Source of the DNA: Oscillospiraceae bacterium | Lineage (GTDB): Bacteria; Bacillota; Clostridia; Oscillospirales; Ruminococcaceae | DNA: 64,000 bases | Direction: 5' to 3' | Assembly: GCA_017887325.1 (NCBI GenBank) | Contig: JAGHIE010000005.1 | Span: 29,076-93,075 of the forward strand | Part shown: positions 49,259 through 59,917 of the stretch, in pieces | How the letters are laid out: each line of letters starts with the position of its first letter | Numbering within the stretch: position 1 is the stretch's first letter | The notes under the pieces: model-generated | The model's database searches: none | What the model saw: the letters and a program-made list of their open reading frames with translations, nothing else | What the model was told of the DNA's origin: nothing | Translations under genes and position numbers: made by a program

Positions 49259-50374
49259 ATGAAAATGATAGGAGTTATATTTTCTAATATATTTGACCAT
49301 GCATTAGGAGATTTAACAAAACACAGAACACTTGCATCTTTACCTTTTGGTTCTAGATACAGATTAATAGATTTCGTATTATCAAATATGTCAAACTCTA
49401 GTATTGACCACATAGGGGTTATTACTAAATATAATTACCAATCACTAATGGACCACTTAGGTTCTTGTGAAGAATGGGACTTAAATAGAAAAAATGGACG
49501 AGTTGTTATTATTCCTCCATTTTCTAACGGACCTAGTGAAATTTATCAAGGAAAATTACAAGCATTATCTGGTGCTTTAACTTTCTTAAAAAGAGCAAAA
49601 GGTCATTATGTATTATTATCTTCAAGCAATATTATTTGCAATATAGATTATGATGAAGTTTTCAAATCACATGTTAAGTCAGGTGAAAAAGTAACAATAG
49701 TTTGTCACAAACAAACACCTAAAAATAGTGATGAAAGAAAAGATTTAGTTTTATCTTATAAAGATAATAAAGTAACAGATATTATGATAAATCATGCTTA
49801 TACAGATGAAAACCTTATTGGTATGGGTATGTATATTGTAGAAAAAGATTTCTTAATAGATGTTATAGACGATTGTGTTTCTCATGGCTTATATGATCTA
49901 GAAAAAGATTTTCTACAAAAATATTTCTTACAAAAAGGATTAGGCATAAATATTTATGAATTTAAAAATTCTGTATTAACTATAGAAGATGTTCCTTCAT
50001 ACTTTAGATGTAACGAATTACTATTAGATGAAAATATTAGAAAAGATATTTTCAATCCACAAAATCCTATATATACTAAAGTTAGAGATGAAATTCCTAC
50101 ATATTATAGTTCTAACTGTACTGTTGATAACTGTCTAGTTGCTGATGGTTGTAGAATTTTAGGAACAGTTGAAAATTCAATATTATTCAGAGATATTACT
50201 ATTGAAGAAGGAGCTTATGTAAAAGATTCTATCATTATGCAAGGCTCTGTTATCAAAAAAGGTGCTAATGTACAATCATGCATCATAGATAAAGATACAG
50301 TAATTACTGAAAATAGAACATTAGTAGGAAATGAATCATGTCCTGTTATTGTTCAAAAAGGACAAACAGTTTAA
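49259..50374 (+). CDS. glgD: ADP-glucose pyrophosphorylase subunit GlgD
   Basis: RTLASLPFGSRYRLIDF, IYTKVRDE; lacks the GlgC glycine loop. Confidence 0.95.
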   Translation: MKMIGVIFSNIFDHALGDLTKHRTLASLPFGSRYRLIDFVLSNMSNSSIDHIGVITKYNYQSLMDHLGSCEEWDLNRKNGRVVIIPPFSNGPSEIYQGKLQALSGALTFLKRAKGHYVLLSSSNIICNIDYDEVFKSHVKSGEKVTIVCHKQTPKNSDERKDLVLSYKDNKVTDIMINHAYTDENLIGMGMYIVEKDFLIDVIDDCVSHGLYDLEKDFLQKYFLQKGLGINIYEFKNSVLTIEDVPSYFRCNELLLDENIRKDIFNPQNPIYTKVRDEIPTYYSSNCTVDNCLVADGCRILGTVENSILFRDITIEEGAYVKDSIIMQGSVIKKGANVQSCIIDKDTVITENRTLVGNESCPVIVQKGQTV

Positions 50375-50385
50375 GGAGTTTTAGT

Positions 50386-51810
50386 ATGAATATCATTTAT
50401 GCCTCAAGTGAAGGCTACCCTTTTGTAAAAACTGGTGGTTTAGGTGATGTTATATATTCATTACCAAAAGAACTATCAAAAGATAAAGATTTGAATATAT
50501 CAATTTTTCTTCCATATTATAATACTATAAAATATAGTGACAAATATGATATCGAATATGTTACAAATTTTTATGTAAACTTAGGTTGGAGAAATCAATA
50601 TTGTGGTATATTTAAAACAACTCTTAACAATATAACTTATTATTTTATAGATAATAATTATTATTTTGATAGAGCTAAACCTTATGGCGATTATGATGAT
50701 GGTGAAAAATTTGCTTTCTTTAGCAAAGCAATTTTAGAAAGTATCTTCAAATTAAATTTATATCCAGATATAATCCATTGTCATGACTGGCAAACTGCCC
50801 TAGTTCCTATATTCTTAAAAGCATTTTATTCTCATTTAGACAATTTCAAAAATGCAAAAACTGTATTTACAATACACAACATAGAATATCAAGGAAAAGT
50901 TGGAAATAATTTCTTCCATGAAGTTTTAGGATTAGGAAACGAATTTTTTGACACTATTCACTATGATGATTGCCTAAACTTTATGAAGAGTGCTATTGTT
51001 TTATCTGATAAAGTTACAACTGTATCAAGAACTTACGCTCACGAAATAAAACATGCTTATTTTGCTCATGGTTTACAATATGTAATTAACGATTATGCTT
51101 ACAAAATAAGTGGTATAGTAAATGGAATTGATACACAACTTTATAATAGTGAAACTGATAAAACAATAAAATATAATTTTGATTTAAAATCTCTTGATAA
51201 AAAAGCTGATAACAAAACTTATCTACAAAAACAATTAGGTTTACCTGTTAACAAAGATATTCCTATGATTGGTATTATCAGTAGATTAGTTTCTCATAAA
51301 GGTCTTGACCTTGTTGAATATATAGCAGATGAATTACTTCAACAATCCGTACAATTAGTTATATTAGGTACTGGAGATTATCATTTTGAAGAATTTTTCA
51401 GAAATTTACAATATAGATATCCTGATAAAGTTAGTAGCAATATTTTATTTGATGCTAAATTGGCAAATCAAATATATGCTAGTTCAGATTTCTTCTTAAT
51501 GCCATCAAAAACAGAGCCTTGTGGATTATCTCAACTTATTGCAATGAGATATGGAACTGTTCCTATTGTCAGAGAAACTGGTGGATTATTTGATACAGTT
51601 ACTCCTTTTGACAAAACTACTTTAAACGACGGTAGAGGTTTTACATTCAAAACATACAATGCTCATGATATGCTTCATAGCATTAACCTTGCATTAGATT
51701 TATATCAAGATAAACCTGTTTTAAAACATCTAATCAAAAATGATTTAGATTATAACTCAAGTTGGACAGAGTCTGCAAAAGAATCTTTGAAACTATATAA
51801 ATCTATATAA
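50386..51810 (+). CDS. glgA: Glycogen synthase
   Basis: KTGGLGDV, HCHDWQTA, GIVNGID, MPSKTEPCGLSQL. Start moved to ATG 50386. Confidence 0.97.
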   Translation: MNIIYASSEGYPFVKTGGLGDVIYSLPKELSKDKDLNISIFLPYYNTIKYSDKYDIEYVTNFYVNLGWRNQYCGIFKTTLNNITYYFIDNNYYFDRAKPYGDYDDGEKFAFFSKAILESIFKLNLYPDIIHCHDWQTALVPIFLKAFYSHLDNFKNAKTVFTIHNIEYQGKVGNNFFHEVLGLGNEFFDTIHYDDCLNFMKSAIVLSDKVTTVSRTYAHEIKHAYFAHGLQYVINDYAYKISGIVNGIDTQLYNSETDKTIKYNFDLKSLDKKADNKTYLQKQLGLPVNKDIPMIGIISRLVSHKGLDLVEYIADELLQQSVQLVILGTGDYHFEEFFRNLQYRYPDKVSSNILFDAKLANQIYASSDFFLMPSKTEPCGLSQLIAMRYGTVPIVRETGGLFDTVTPFDKTTLNDGRGFTFKTYNAHDMLHSINLALDLYQDKPVLKHLIKNDLDYNSSWTESAKESLKLYKSI

Positions 51811-51813
51811 ATA

Positions 51814-51854
51814 AATTAAGTTGTGCTTAATTAAATATCAAGCACAACTTAATT
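51814..51854 (+). terminator. Hairpin between glgA and glgP (terminator or stabilising stem)
   Basis: AATTAAGTTGTGCTT/AAGCACAACTTAATT inverted repeat. Confidence 0.7.
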
Positions 51855-51953
51855 TTGATGTTTTATAAAATTCACAGCAAATAATAAATTTTCATAATAT
51901 ATGTTGAGTTATTGTACATTAATTACATTTATATTGAAAGGACTGATATTACA

Positions 51954-54374
51954 ATGAATATTTCAAAAACTCAAATAAAAAATATGCTTAATGATAAATG
52001 TTTATACACATTTGGTTGTACATTAAACAAAGCAAGTGAACAACAAATATACAAAACAACTTGTCTTGTTGTCAAAGACATAATAACTAATAAATCTAAT
52101 GAATATGATGAACTTGTAAAAGAAAAAGAAGGCAAACAAGTTTACTACATGTCCATGGAATTTTTAGTAGGTACTTCCCTAAAAAATAATTTATACAACC
52201 TAAATCTTGAAAATGATTTTAAACAAGTGCTATCTGATATAGGTGTAAATATTGAAGATTTATATAAAATAGAACCTGATGCTGGACTTGGCAATGGTGG
52301 TCTTGGTAGACTAGCTTCTTGCTATATGGATTCATTAACAACTTTATCTATGAAAGCAACTGGCTATTCACTAAGATATGAATTCGGTATATTTAAACAA
52401 AAAATTATTGACGGTTGGCAAATGGAATTTCCTGACAACTGGTTAGATTTAGGAGATGTTTGGTTAAAATCTAGAGAAGATACATCTTTTGAAATAAAAT
52501 TTGGTGGCGAAGTTGTACACGGAGAAGAAAACGGAAGATATAAACCTAGACATATCAACTATGACACTGTTATAGCTGTTCCTTATGATATGTATATTAC
52601 AGGTTATGATACTAATGCTGTAAACAAACTTGTTTTATGGAGTGCTAAATCTCCTAAAAATATTGATATGAACTTATTCTCTCGTGGTGACTATGTAAAA
52701 GCTTTAGAAGAAAATACAATGGCTGAAGCAATAACAAAAGTATTATATCCAGCAGATGACCATATTGAAGGTAAAAGATTAAGATTAAAACAACAATATG
52801 TTTTAGTTAGTGCTTCAATCCAAAATATATTAAAAGACCATATGGAACAATATAATGATATTCAATTATTACCAGAAAAAGTAGCTATTCATATAAATGA
52901 TACTCACCCTGCACTATGTGTTCCAGAACTTATGAGAATTTTATTAGATGATTATAACCTAGACTGGGATAATGCATTTGATATTTGTAATAGAACTCTA
53001 TTCTACACAAACCATACTGTAATGAGTGAAGCTTTAGAAAAATGGCCTGAATTCTTGTTCAAACAAGAACTACCTAGAGTTTATACTATTGTATGTGAAA
53101 TTAATAGAAGATTTGTTAACCAAATAAGAGAAATTTATCCTAACGATTTTGCAAAAATTGATTATATGTCAATAATTTCAAATAATGAAGTAAAAATGGC
53201 TAACTTATGTTTAGCTTGTGTTAACAAAGTTAACGGTGTTTCTAAACTTCATAGTAATATATTAAAAGATAGTATCTTTAATGATTTTTATAATATTACT
53301 CCTGACAAATTTACAAATGTAACTAATGGTATTGCATATAGAAGATGGTTATGCCAATCAAACCCTAACTTAACAAACTTCTTAAAAGAATTGATTGGTG
53401 ATGGATTTACTCATAATTCATTAGAATTAGAAAAACTATTAAAATACAAAGACGATAAAAATGTTTTAGATAAATTAAAAGAAATTAAATTTAAAAACAA
53501 ACAAGTATTAGCAGAACTTATTTCTAAAGAAAATGGTGTTAATGTAGACTGCAACTCTATCTTTGATGTACAAATTAAGAGACTTCACGAATATAAACGC
53601 CAATTATTGAATGTATTAAATATTCTTAATATGTATATTGAAATAAAAGAAAATCCTAATTTAAATATTCCACCAAGAACTTTTATATTCTCTGCAAAAG
53701 CTTCTTCTGGATATTTTATGGCTAAACAAATAATAAGACTTATTAATTATGTTTCAAACTTAATTAATAACGACCCTGTTGTAAGAGATAAAATTAAAGT
53801 AATCTTTATTGAAGACTATAAAGTTTCTTTAGCTCAAATAATAATTCCTTCTGCTGATATATCTGAACAAATTTCAGTTGCAGGAAAAGAAGCTTCTGGT
53901 ACAGGTAATATGAAACTTATGTTAAATGGTGCTGTTACTGTTGGTACATTAGATGGTGCTAATGTAGAAATTTTTGAACAAGTTGGTGAAGATAATATAT
54001 TCTTATTTGGATTAAAAGCTCATGAAGTTGAAGAATTATGGAGAAAAGGATATAATCCATTAGACTTCTACAACAATAATGAAAGATTAAAACAAATAAT
54101 AAATATATTAACATCTGGTATTTTAGGATATAAATTCTTTGATATTGCCGATTCACTACTTACTAATAGATATGGCGTTGCTGATGCTTATATGACTCTA
54201 GCAGACTTTAATTCATATGTTGACATTCAAAAACAAGTTTCTACAGTTTACCAAGATAAATATAAATTTAACAATATGAGCTTAGTTAATATTGCAAAAG
54301 CTGGTGTATTCTCTTCTGATATTTCAATTTCTAACTATGCTAAAGATATATGGCATATAAAAGGAATTAAATAA
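51954..54374 (+). CDS. glgP: Glycogen phosphorylase
   Basis: DAGLGNGGLGRLASC, INDTHP, KRLHEYKRQ, KEASGTGNMK. Start moved to ATG 51954. Confidence 0.97.
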   Translation: MNISKTQIKNMLNDKCLYTFGCTLNKASEQQIYKTTCLVVKDIITNKSNEYDELVKEKEGKQVYYMSMEFLVGTSLKNNLYNLNLENDFKQVLSDIGVNIEDLYKIEPDAGLGNGGLGRLASCYMDSLTTLSMKATGYSLRYEFGIFKQKIIDGWQMEFPDNWLDLGDVWLKSREDTSFEIKFGGEVVHGEENGRYKPRHINYDTVIAVPYDMYITGYDTNAVNKLVLWSAKSPKNIDMNLFSRGDYVKALEENTMAEAITKVLYPADDHIEGKRLRLKQQYVLVSASIQNILKDHMEQYNDIQLLPEKVAIHINDTHPALCVPELMRILLDDYNLDWDNAFDICNRTLFYTNHTVMSEALEKWPEFLFKQELPRVYTIVCEINRRFVNQIREIYPNDFAKIDYMSIISNNEVKMANLCLACVNKVNGVSKLHSNILKDSIFNDFYNITPDKFTNVTNGIAYRRWLCQSNPNLTNFLKELIGDGFTHNSLELEKLLKYKDDKNVLDKLKEIKFKNKQVLAELISKENGVNVDCNSIFDVQIKRLHEYKRQLLNVLNILNMYIEIKENPNLNIPPRTFIFSAKASSGYFMAKQIIRLINYVSNLINNDPVVRDKIKVIFIEDYKVSLAQIIIPSADISEQISVAGKEASGTGNMKLMLNGAVTVGTLDGANVEIFEQVGEDNIFLFGLKAHEVEELWRKGYNPLDFYNNNERLKQIINILTSGILGYKFFDIADSLLTNRYGVADAYMTLADFNSYVDIQKQVSTVYQDKYKFNNMSLVNIAKAGVFSSDISISNYAKDIWHIKGIK

Positions 54375-54385
54375 GGTGGTTAACA

Positions 54386-56200
54386 TTGAAAGTTTATCAC
54401 AATAATTTATTACCAAAATATAAAACTCCTTTTGGTTGTATAAAACAAGATGAAACTTGTACTATTAAATTAGAATGTTATGATATAGATATATCTTATG
54501 TTGATTTAATAATAGAACATGAAGATGGAAGCTTATATAAAATTATTCCAATGAAAAAAATAAATACCAACATATATAAATCAACTTTCAAAGAATCTAA
54601 CTGTGGATTATACTACTATTATTTTAAAATTAATAATAACATCAATATTTACAAAGATAATTATTTCGATGCAACAGCTGTTCCTAACAACAAATGGCAA
54701 TTGACCTGCTATGAAAAAGACTATGATACTCCAAGAGATTTTAAAGGTAAAGTATATTATCAAATCTTTCCAGATAGATTTGCACAATATGATAACTGTG
54801 ATACTTCCGACAAATTGCAACCTTTTTGGATACACAATGACAAATACGAAAAACCTGTTTTTCAACCAAACCAAAATGGAATTATTGAAAACAATGATTT
54901 CTTTGGTGGAAATATTGAAGGTATCATACACAAGCTTGATTATCTAAAAGAACTAGGTGTATCTATAATATATATTAATCCAATATTTATGGCATACTCA
55001 AATCATAGATATGATACTGCTGACTATTTAAGAATAGATCCCCTATTAGGTACAGAAGAAGATTTTAAAAAACTATGTAAAGATGCTCATTCTATTGGCA
55101 TAAAAATTATATTAGATGGAGTTTTTTCACATACAGGTTGTAATAGCGTTTATTTTGATAAATATGGTGTTTTCAAAAACGGTGCTTATAATAATCAAAA
55201 TTCACCTTATTTTGATTGGTATCAATTTCAAGAAAATTCAACAACTGAATATATTTCATGGTGGGGTATCGATACCCTACCATGTACTAATGAAACCAAT
55301 CCTAGTTATATGAACTTTATCATAAATACAGTTGTTCCACATTGGATAAATATGGGTGCTGATGGATTTAGACTAGATGTGGCAGATGAATTACCTGATG
55401 AGTTTATAAAAGCTCTAAATACAAAAATCAAAGAAATTAAGCCTAATGGAATAATTATAGGTGAGGTATGGGAAGATGCCTCTAACAAAATTAGTTACTC
55501 TATTAGAAGAAAATATTTTACAAATTCTGAGTTAGATAGTGTTATGAACTATCCTTTTAGAGATGCAATTATAAAATTAGTAAGAGAAGAAATATCTCTA
55601 AAAGATTTTGAATTTGCAATAATGACAATTATAGAGCATTACCCTAAACCTGTTTTAGATTGCTTAATGAATAATTTAAGCACTCATGATACAATGAGAA
55701 TTTTAACTAGTGTTAGTGATATTAATTTTAATATTACTAAAGAAGAAAAATCTAACTATAGTATTCCTAGCGAAAAACTTGATTTATCATTTGCTAGACT
55801 AAAATTAGCAGTATTTTTGCAGTTTGTTTTATGTGGTTGTCCTTGTATATACTATGGTGATGAAATCGGAATGCAAGGCTTTGAAGACCCATTTAATAGA
55901 GAATTCTTTAAATGGAATAACATCAATTATCAATTATTGAACTTTTATAAAAATATGGCTAATATCAAAAACTCATATGAAGCATTACAAATAGGTGATT
56001 TCAAAATACTGGAAAACAATCAAAATGTTCTTATCTTTTCAAGAGAATATGAAGATGAAGAATTTATTGGAATTATATCTTTATCTGATAATTTTGATTA
56101 CTATTATAATTTTGAAATTGTCTGTTGTCACAATTGTGATGTTTATCCAAAACAACTTAATTTTAAAAAATATGGTTTTGCATTATTAAAAAATAAGTGA
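54386..56200 (+). CDS. GH13 neopullulanase/cyclomaltodextrinase-like hydrolase
   Basis: YQIFPDRF, HRYDT, DGVFSHTG, GFRLDVAD, GEVW, STHD, YYGDE. Confidence 0.92.
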   Translation: MKVYHNNLLPKYKTPFGCIKQDETCTIKLECYDIDISYVDLIIEHEDGSLYKIIPMKKINTNIYKSTFKESNCGLYYYYFKINNNINIYKDNYFDATAVPNNKWQLTCYEKDYDTPRDFKGKVYYQIFPDRFAQYDNCDTSDKLQPFWIHNDKYEKPVFQPNQNGIIENNDFFGGNIEGIIHKLDYLKELGVSIIYINPIFMAYSNHRYDTADYLRIDPLLGTEEDFKKLCKDAHSIGIKIILDGVFSHTGCNSVYFDKYGVFKNGAYNNQNSPYFDWYQFQENSTTEYISWWGIDTLPCTNETNPSYMNFIINTVVPHWINMGADGFRLDVADELPDEFIKALNTKIKEIKPNGIIIGEVWEDASNKISYSIRRKYFTNSELDSVMNYPFRDAIIKLVREEISLKDFEFAIMTIIEHYPKPVLDCLMNNLSTHDTMRILTSVSDINFNITKEEKSNYSIPSEKLDLSFARLKLAVFLQFVLCGCPCIYYGDEIGMQGFEDPFNREFFKWNNINYQLLNFYKNMANIKNSYEALQIGDFKILENNQNVLIFSREYEDEEFIGIISLSDNFDYYYNFEIVCCHNCDVYPKQLNFKKYGFALLKNK

Positions 56201-56225
56201 TAGATTTAATATCTATCACTTATTT
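56191..56225. terminator. Bidirectional terminator
   Basis: AAATAAGTGATAGAT/ATCTATCACTTATTT overlapping both convergent stops. Confidence 0.78.
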
Positions 56226-57007
56226 TCTATCATAAGATTATTTTTTTCTTGTATTTGGTTTATATCTTGAAATTCTGTCATATTTGTCCAATATCTTTTT
56301 GGCATATGACTTTGCCTACATTTATGATTTTCTCTTTCTTTTATAGCAATACTATCATAATAATTTTTCCACAATCTTCTATACTCTAATTCTTCCATAG
56401 TAGGAGTATCCATATTAAATTCATCTATATTTACTATTATACTTTTATGTGGTTTATATAATAAACCTAAAGAATGTGTCTTATCATAAATCATAAAACA
56501 TTCATTTGGAAATCTATCAATAAAATGATTTTTTATTAAAGGTAATACATTATTTTTAGGTTCTATTTGTGCAATCATAAAATTATCTTTTATAGAAAAC
56601 CTGATAAAACCTTTAAATAGATGTGCTTCATTATTCAAATTTTTTACCGAATCAAATAGTTGACTGACTACATTATCAGATAAATCATTAAAAGCAAATT
56701 GCCCTTGTTTGTGAATTTTTCTAACCATAATTAATATTAAAAATTCTTTTCTAGGATGACAAGTTAAAAATGCTTTTTTGATAAGATTTATAGCCTTTTT
56801 CCCTCCTTTATCAACTATATACTTATATACTCTATTTGCTTTTTCTTGCGAATTTTCTATATATCTTTTAGATAAAAGTAATATTTGTTCTCTGTCATCA
56901 GAAACAATGTCTAAAGGTATTTCTTTTTTATCAAAGCTTTCAAATACACAGCATAATAAACCTTCAAAACTACCATCATATTCATATATAACAGCATTTT
57001 TTGTCAT
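56216..57007 (-). CDS. Putative DNA metabolism protein (TIGR03915/DUF4130-like)
   Basis: YDGSFEGLLCCVF, EAHLFKGFIRF, HFIDRFPNE, LWKNYYDSI, MPKRYWTNMTE. Confidence 0.88.
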   Translation of the reverse strand: MTKNAVIYEYDGSFEGLLCCVFESFDKKEIPLDIVSDDREQILLLSKRYIENSQEKANRVYKYIVDKGGKKAINLIKKAFLTCHPRKEFLILIMVRKIHKQGQFAFNDLSDNVVSQLFDSVKNLNNEAHLFKGFIRFSIKDNFMIAQIEPKNNVLPLIKNHFIDRFPNECFMIYDKTHSLGLLYKPHKSIIVNIDEFNMDTPTMEELEYRRLWKNYYDSIAIKERENHKCRQSHMPKRYWTNMTEFQDINQIQEKNNLMIENK

Positions 57008-57020
57008 ATTACTCCCCCTA

Positions 57021-58343
57021 TTAAAATTCTCCTGTAATGCTCTTAACTATATCTTGTCCTATAACTTTTTCTTGTGGAAATAGTGTTAATTGTTCAAAAG
57101 AGTTATTTAAAAAATTATTGTCTAACAAACTAATTCCTTTTTCTGAAATTAAATTTCTAATTATATTATCATTGTTTATATTTAAATTTATATTTAATTT
57201 ACCACTACAAGTTATAAAATATTGTGCTCGTTTTAAAACAACACCTATTTTTTTAAGTGCAGTAAAATCTAAAGACCTAGATTTTCTAGCTATAACTATT
57301 CTTTTAGCACTTTTAACACCTATTCCAGGAACTCTGAGCAACATTTCAAAAGAAGCCTTATTAACATCAACTGGAAATAAATCCATATTATTTATTGCCC
57401 AATTGCACTTAGGGTCAATCAATGGATTAAATGATTGATTTTTCTCATCTAATAACTCGTTTGCATTAAATCCATAAAATCTTAAAAGCCAGTCTGCTTG
57501 ATATAATCTATGCTCTCTTAATAATGGTGGTTTATAATCAATTTTTGATGGTAACAAAGGATTATCAACAACTGGTATATAAGCTGAATAAAAAACTCTT
57601 TTTAGAGAATATTTTTTATATAGTCCCTCTGTAAGTCTTAAAATTTGATAGTCGGTTTCGCCTGTTGCTCCTACTATCATCTGAGTACTTTGTCCTGCTG
57701 GTGCAAATTTAGGTGCTTTTTTATATTTTACAATATCATATTTATTTTCTGTTATTTTATTATCTATTATTTTCATATTATCCAATATTGCTTTTTTACT
57801 TTTATCTGGTGCTAGTAAATTTAAACTTTTCTCTGTTGGCATTTCAATATTAACACTCATTCTATCTACTAACATTCCTAGTCTTTGCAATAACGCTTCA
57901 TCTGCTCCTGGAATTGCTTTTGCATGTATATATCCAAAGAAATGATATTCTTCTCTTAATATTCTTACAACTTCTATTATTTTTTCACATGTATAGTCAG
58001 GATTTTTAATTATTCCAGAGCTTAAAAATAAACCTTCTATATAATTTCTTTTATAGAAATTCATAGTTAAATCAGCTAATTCTCTAGGAGTAAACGCCAC
58101 TCTTTTTACATCATTACTTCTTCTATTAATACAATACTTACAATCGTAAATACAATAATTTGTCATTAATACTTTTAATAAACTTATACATCTTCCATCT
58201 GCAGAAAAGCTGTGACAAATACCCATTTTACTTGCACTACCAATTCCCATATTATTAGAAGTTTTATTTACTCCACTAGATGTACAAGCAACATCATATT
58301 TAGCAGAATCGCTTAATATTTCTAATTTTTCCATAAGATTCAC
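57021..58343 (-). CDS. Putative DNA modification/repair radical SAM protein with HhH (TIGR03916-like)
   Basis: AKYDVACTSSG, CIYDCKYC, GQSTQMIVG, REHRLYQADWL, LLRVPGIG. Start moved to GTG 58343. Confidence 0.92.
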   Translation of the reverse strand: MNLMEKLEILSDSAKYDVACTSSGVNKTSNNMGIGSASKMGICHSFSADGRCISLLKVLMTNYCIYDCKYCINRRSNDVKRVAFTPRELADLTMNFYKRNYIEGLFLSSGIIKNPDYTCEKIIEVVRILREEYHFFGYIHAKAIPGADEALLQRLGMLVDRMSVNIEMPTEKSLNLLAPDKSKKAILDNMKIIDNKITENKYDIVKYKKAPKFAPAGQSTQMIVGATGETDYQILRLTEGLYKKYSLKRVFYSAYIPVVDNPLLPSKIDYKPPLLREHRLYQADWLLRFYGFNANELLDEKNQSFNPLIDPKCNWAINNMDLFPVDVNKASFEMLLRVPGIGVKSAKRIVIARKSRSLDFTALKKIGVVLKRAQYFITCSGKLNINLNINNDNIIRNLISEKGISLLDNNFLNNSFEQLTLFPQEKVIGQDIVKSITGEF

Positions 58344-58365
58344 AAAAACACCTTCTTTTACATTT

Positions 58366-58395
58366 ATTATACAAAAGAACATATGTTCTTGTCAA
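58366..58395 (-). promoter_or_regulatory. Sigma-A promoter with LexA (SOS) box in the spacer
   Basis: TTGACA-18-TATAAT containing GAACATATGTTC at 58377-58388. Confidence 0.85.
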
Positions 58396-58469
58396 GTAAG
58401 TATTATTTGTCAAATGTATCTATTTTATGATATAATAAATAAATATAATTTAAAAAGGAGTTGTCAAAT

Positions 58470-59054
58470 TTGGATTATAAACAACAATTTTTAGATTTGT
58501 ATCAAAAATATATTTCTCATAGAGAAGGTGCAGATAAATTATTAGAATATTTATTATCAAAACATAGTGATTTTTTCACAGCACCTGCTAGTACAAGATT
58601 TCATGGGTCTTATGAAGGTGGTCTTGTAGAACACAGTATAAATGTATATAACTGTTTAAAAGATTATTTATCAAGACCAAGCTTAAAAGATTATGGAATT
58701 GAATATAGCGATGAAAGTATCGCAATAGTTGCACTATTACACGATATATGCAAAATAAATTGTTATAAAAAAAGTTTTAGAAATGTAAAAAATGATAATG
58801 GTGTATGGGAAAAAGTTCCTACTTATGAATTTGATGATAAGCTTCCATATGGTCATGGTGAAAAATCAGTATATATAATAACTGGTTTTATGAGATTAAC
58901 TAGAGAAGAATCTTTTGCTATTCGCTATCATATGGGATTTTCTGGAACAGAAGATGTAAGAAATGTAAGTGCTTCTTTTGAAATGTATCCACTTTCATTT
59001 GCATTATCCGTTGCAGATATGGAAGCAACATATTATATAGAAAGTAAAAAATAA
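58470..59054 (+). CDS. HD-domain phosphohydrolase
   Basis: FFTAPASTRFH, GGLVEHS, LLHDICK, HGEKSV, IRYHMG. Start moved to TTG 58470 for RBS spacing. Confidence 0.88.
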   Translation: MDYKQQFLDLYQKYISHREGADKLLEYLLSKHSDFFTAPASTRFHGSYEGGLVEHSINVYNCLKDYLSRPSLKDYGIEYSDESIAIVALLHDICKINCYKKSFRNVKNDNGVWEKVPTYEFDDKLPYGHGEKSVYIITGFMRLTREESFAIRYHMGFSGTEDVRNVSASFEMYPLSFALSVADMEATYYIESKK

Positions 59055-59070
59055 TTATAAGGAGAGAAAA

Positions 59071-59841
59071 ATGAAAAATAAAAAGTCTACAAATTTATCT
59101 AGATTGCATACGATAGACCTTTTTAGAGGATTTGCAGTTTTAAGTATGATTGCATATCATTTTGTATTTGACTTAAAATATATTTTTAATGTAAATATCC
59201 CTTGGTTTGAATCTTATGGTGCTTATCTTTGGCAACAAAGTATTTGCATTGTTTTTATATTTGTATCTGGTATTTCTTTTACATTTAGTAAAAACAATAT
59301 AAAACGAGGATTTATTATATTAATTTTAGGAATTCTTTTTTCATTAGGTACTTATTTAATTATTCCTGAACAGTTTATAGTTTTTGGCATATTACATTTT
59401 CTTGGGATCTCTTGTATTATAACAGCAATATTATTCCCATTACTCAAAAAAATTCCTGCTCACATAGGATTTTTAATATTTATACTTCTATTTTTAATAT
59501 TTAAAGGTATAAATGATGGTTATGTTGGATTTGCTGATATCAGTCTATACAAGTTACCACAATCAATATATGATGTGCCTTTCTTGTCTATAGTAGGATT
59601 CCCTAATGATTCATTCTTTTCTGCCGATTATTATCCAATATTTCCTTGGTTATTCCTATATTGGAGTGGTATTTTTGCTTGGTTTTGCATTAGTCCTAGA
59701 GTAAAACAAGCTCCTGTCTGTAGAATAAAAATTCCTTTTATCAACTTTTTTGGAAGACACGCTTTAATCGTTTATATACTACATCAACCAATATGTTATG
59801 GACTAATTTATTTATTTTTTAAACTTATAATAGGTCGTTAA
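59071..59841 (+). CDS. DUF1624 / HGSNAT-like membrane acyltransferase
   Basis: RLHTIDLFRG, FGILH, DYYPIFPW, FGRHALIVYILHQP. Confidence 0.85.
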   Translation: MKNKKSTNLSRLHTIDLFRGFAVLSMIAYHFVFDLKYIFNVNIPWFESYGAYLWQQSICIVFIFVSGISFTFSKNNIKRGFIILILGILFSLGTYLIIPEQFIVFGILHFLGISCIITAILFPLLKKIPAHIGFLIFILLFLIFKGINDGYVGFADISLYKLPQSIYDVPFLSIVGFPNDSFFSADYYPIFPWLFLYWSGIFAWFCISPRVKQAPVCRIKIPFINFFGRHALIVYILHQPICYGLIYLFFKLIIGR

Positions 59842-59848
59842 AAAATTA

Positions 59849-59899
59849 TTGACAAACTGAAAACGCTATTGTATTATTAACTTAATACAATAGCGTTTT
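59849..59899 (+). promoter_or_regulatory. Promoter overlapped by a 17 bp inverted repeat
   Basis: TTGACA-17-TATTAT; AAAACGCTATTGTATTA-6-TAATACAATAGCGTTTT at 59860-59899. Confidence 0.7.
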
Positions 59900-59917
59900 T
59901 GCTTGAGGAGGATTTTT

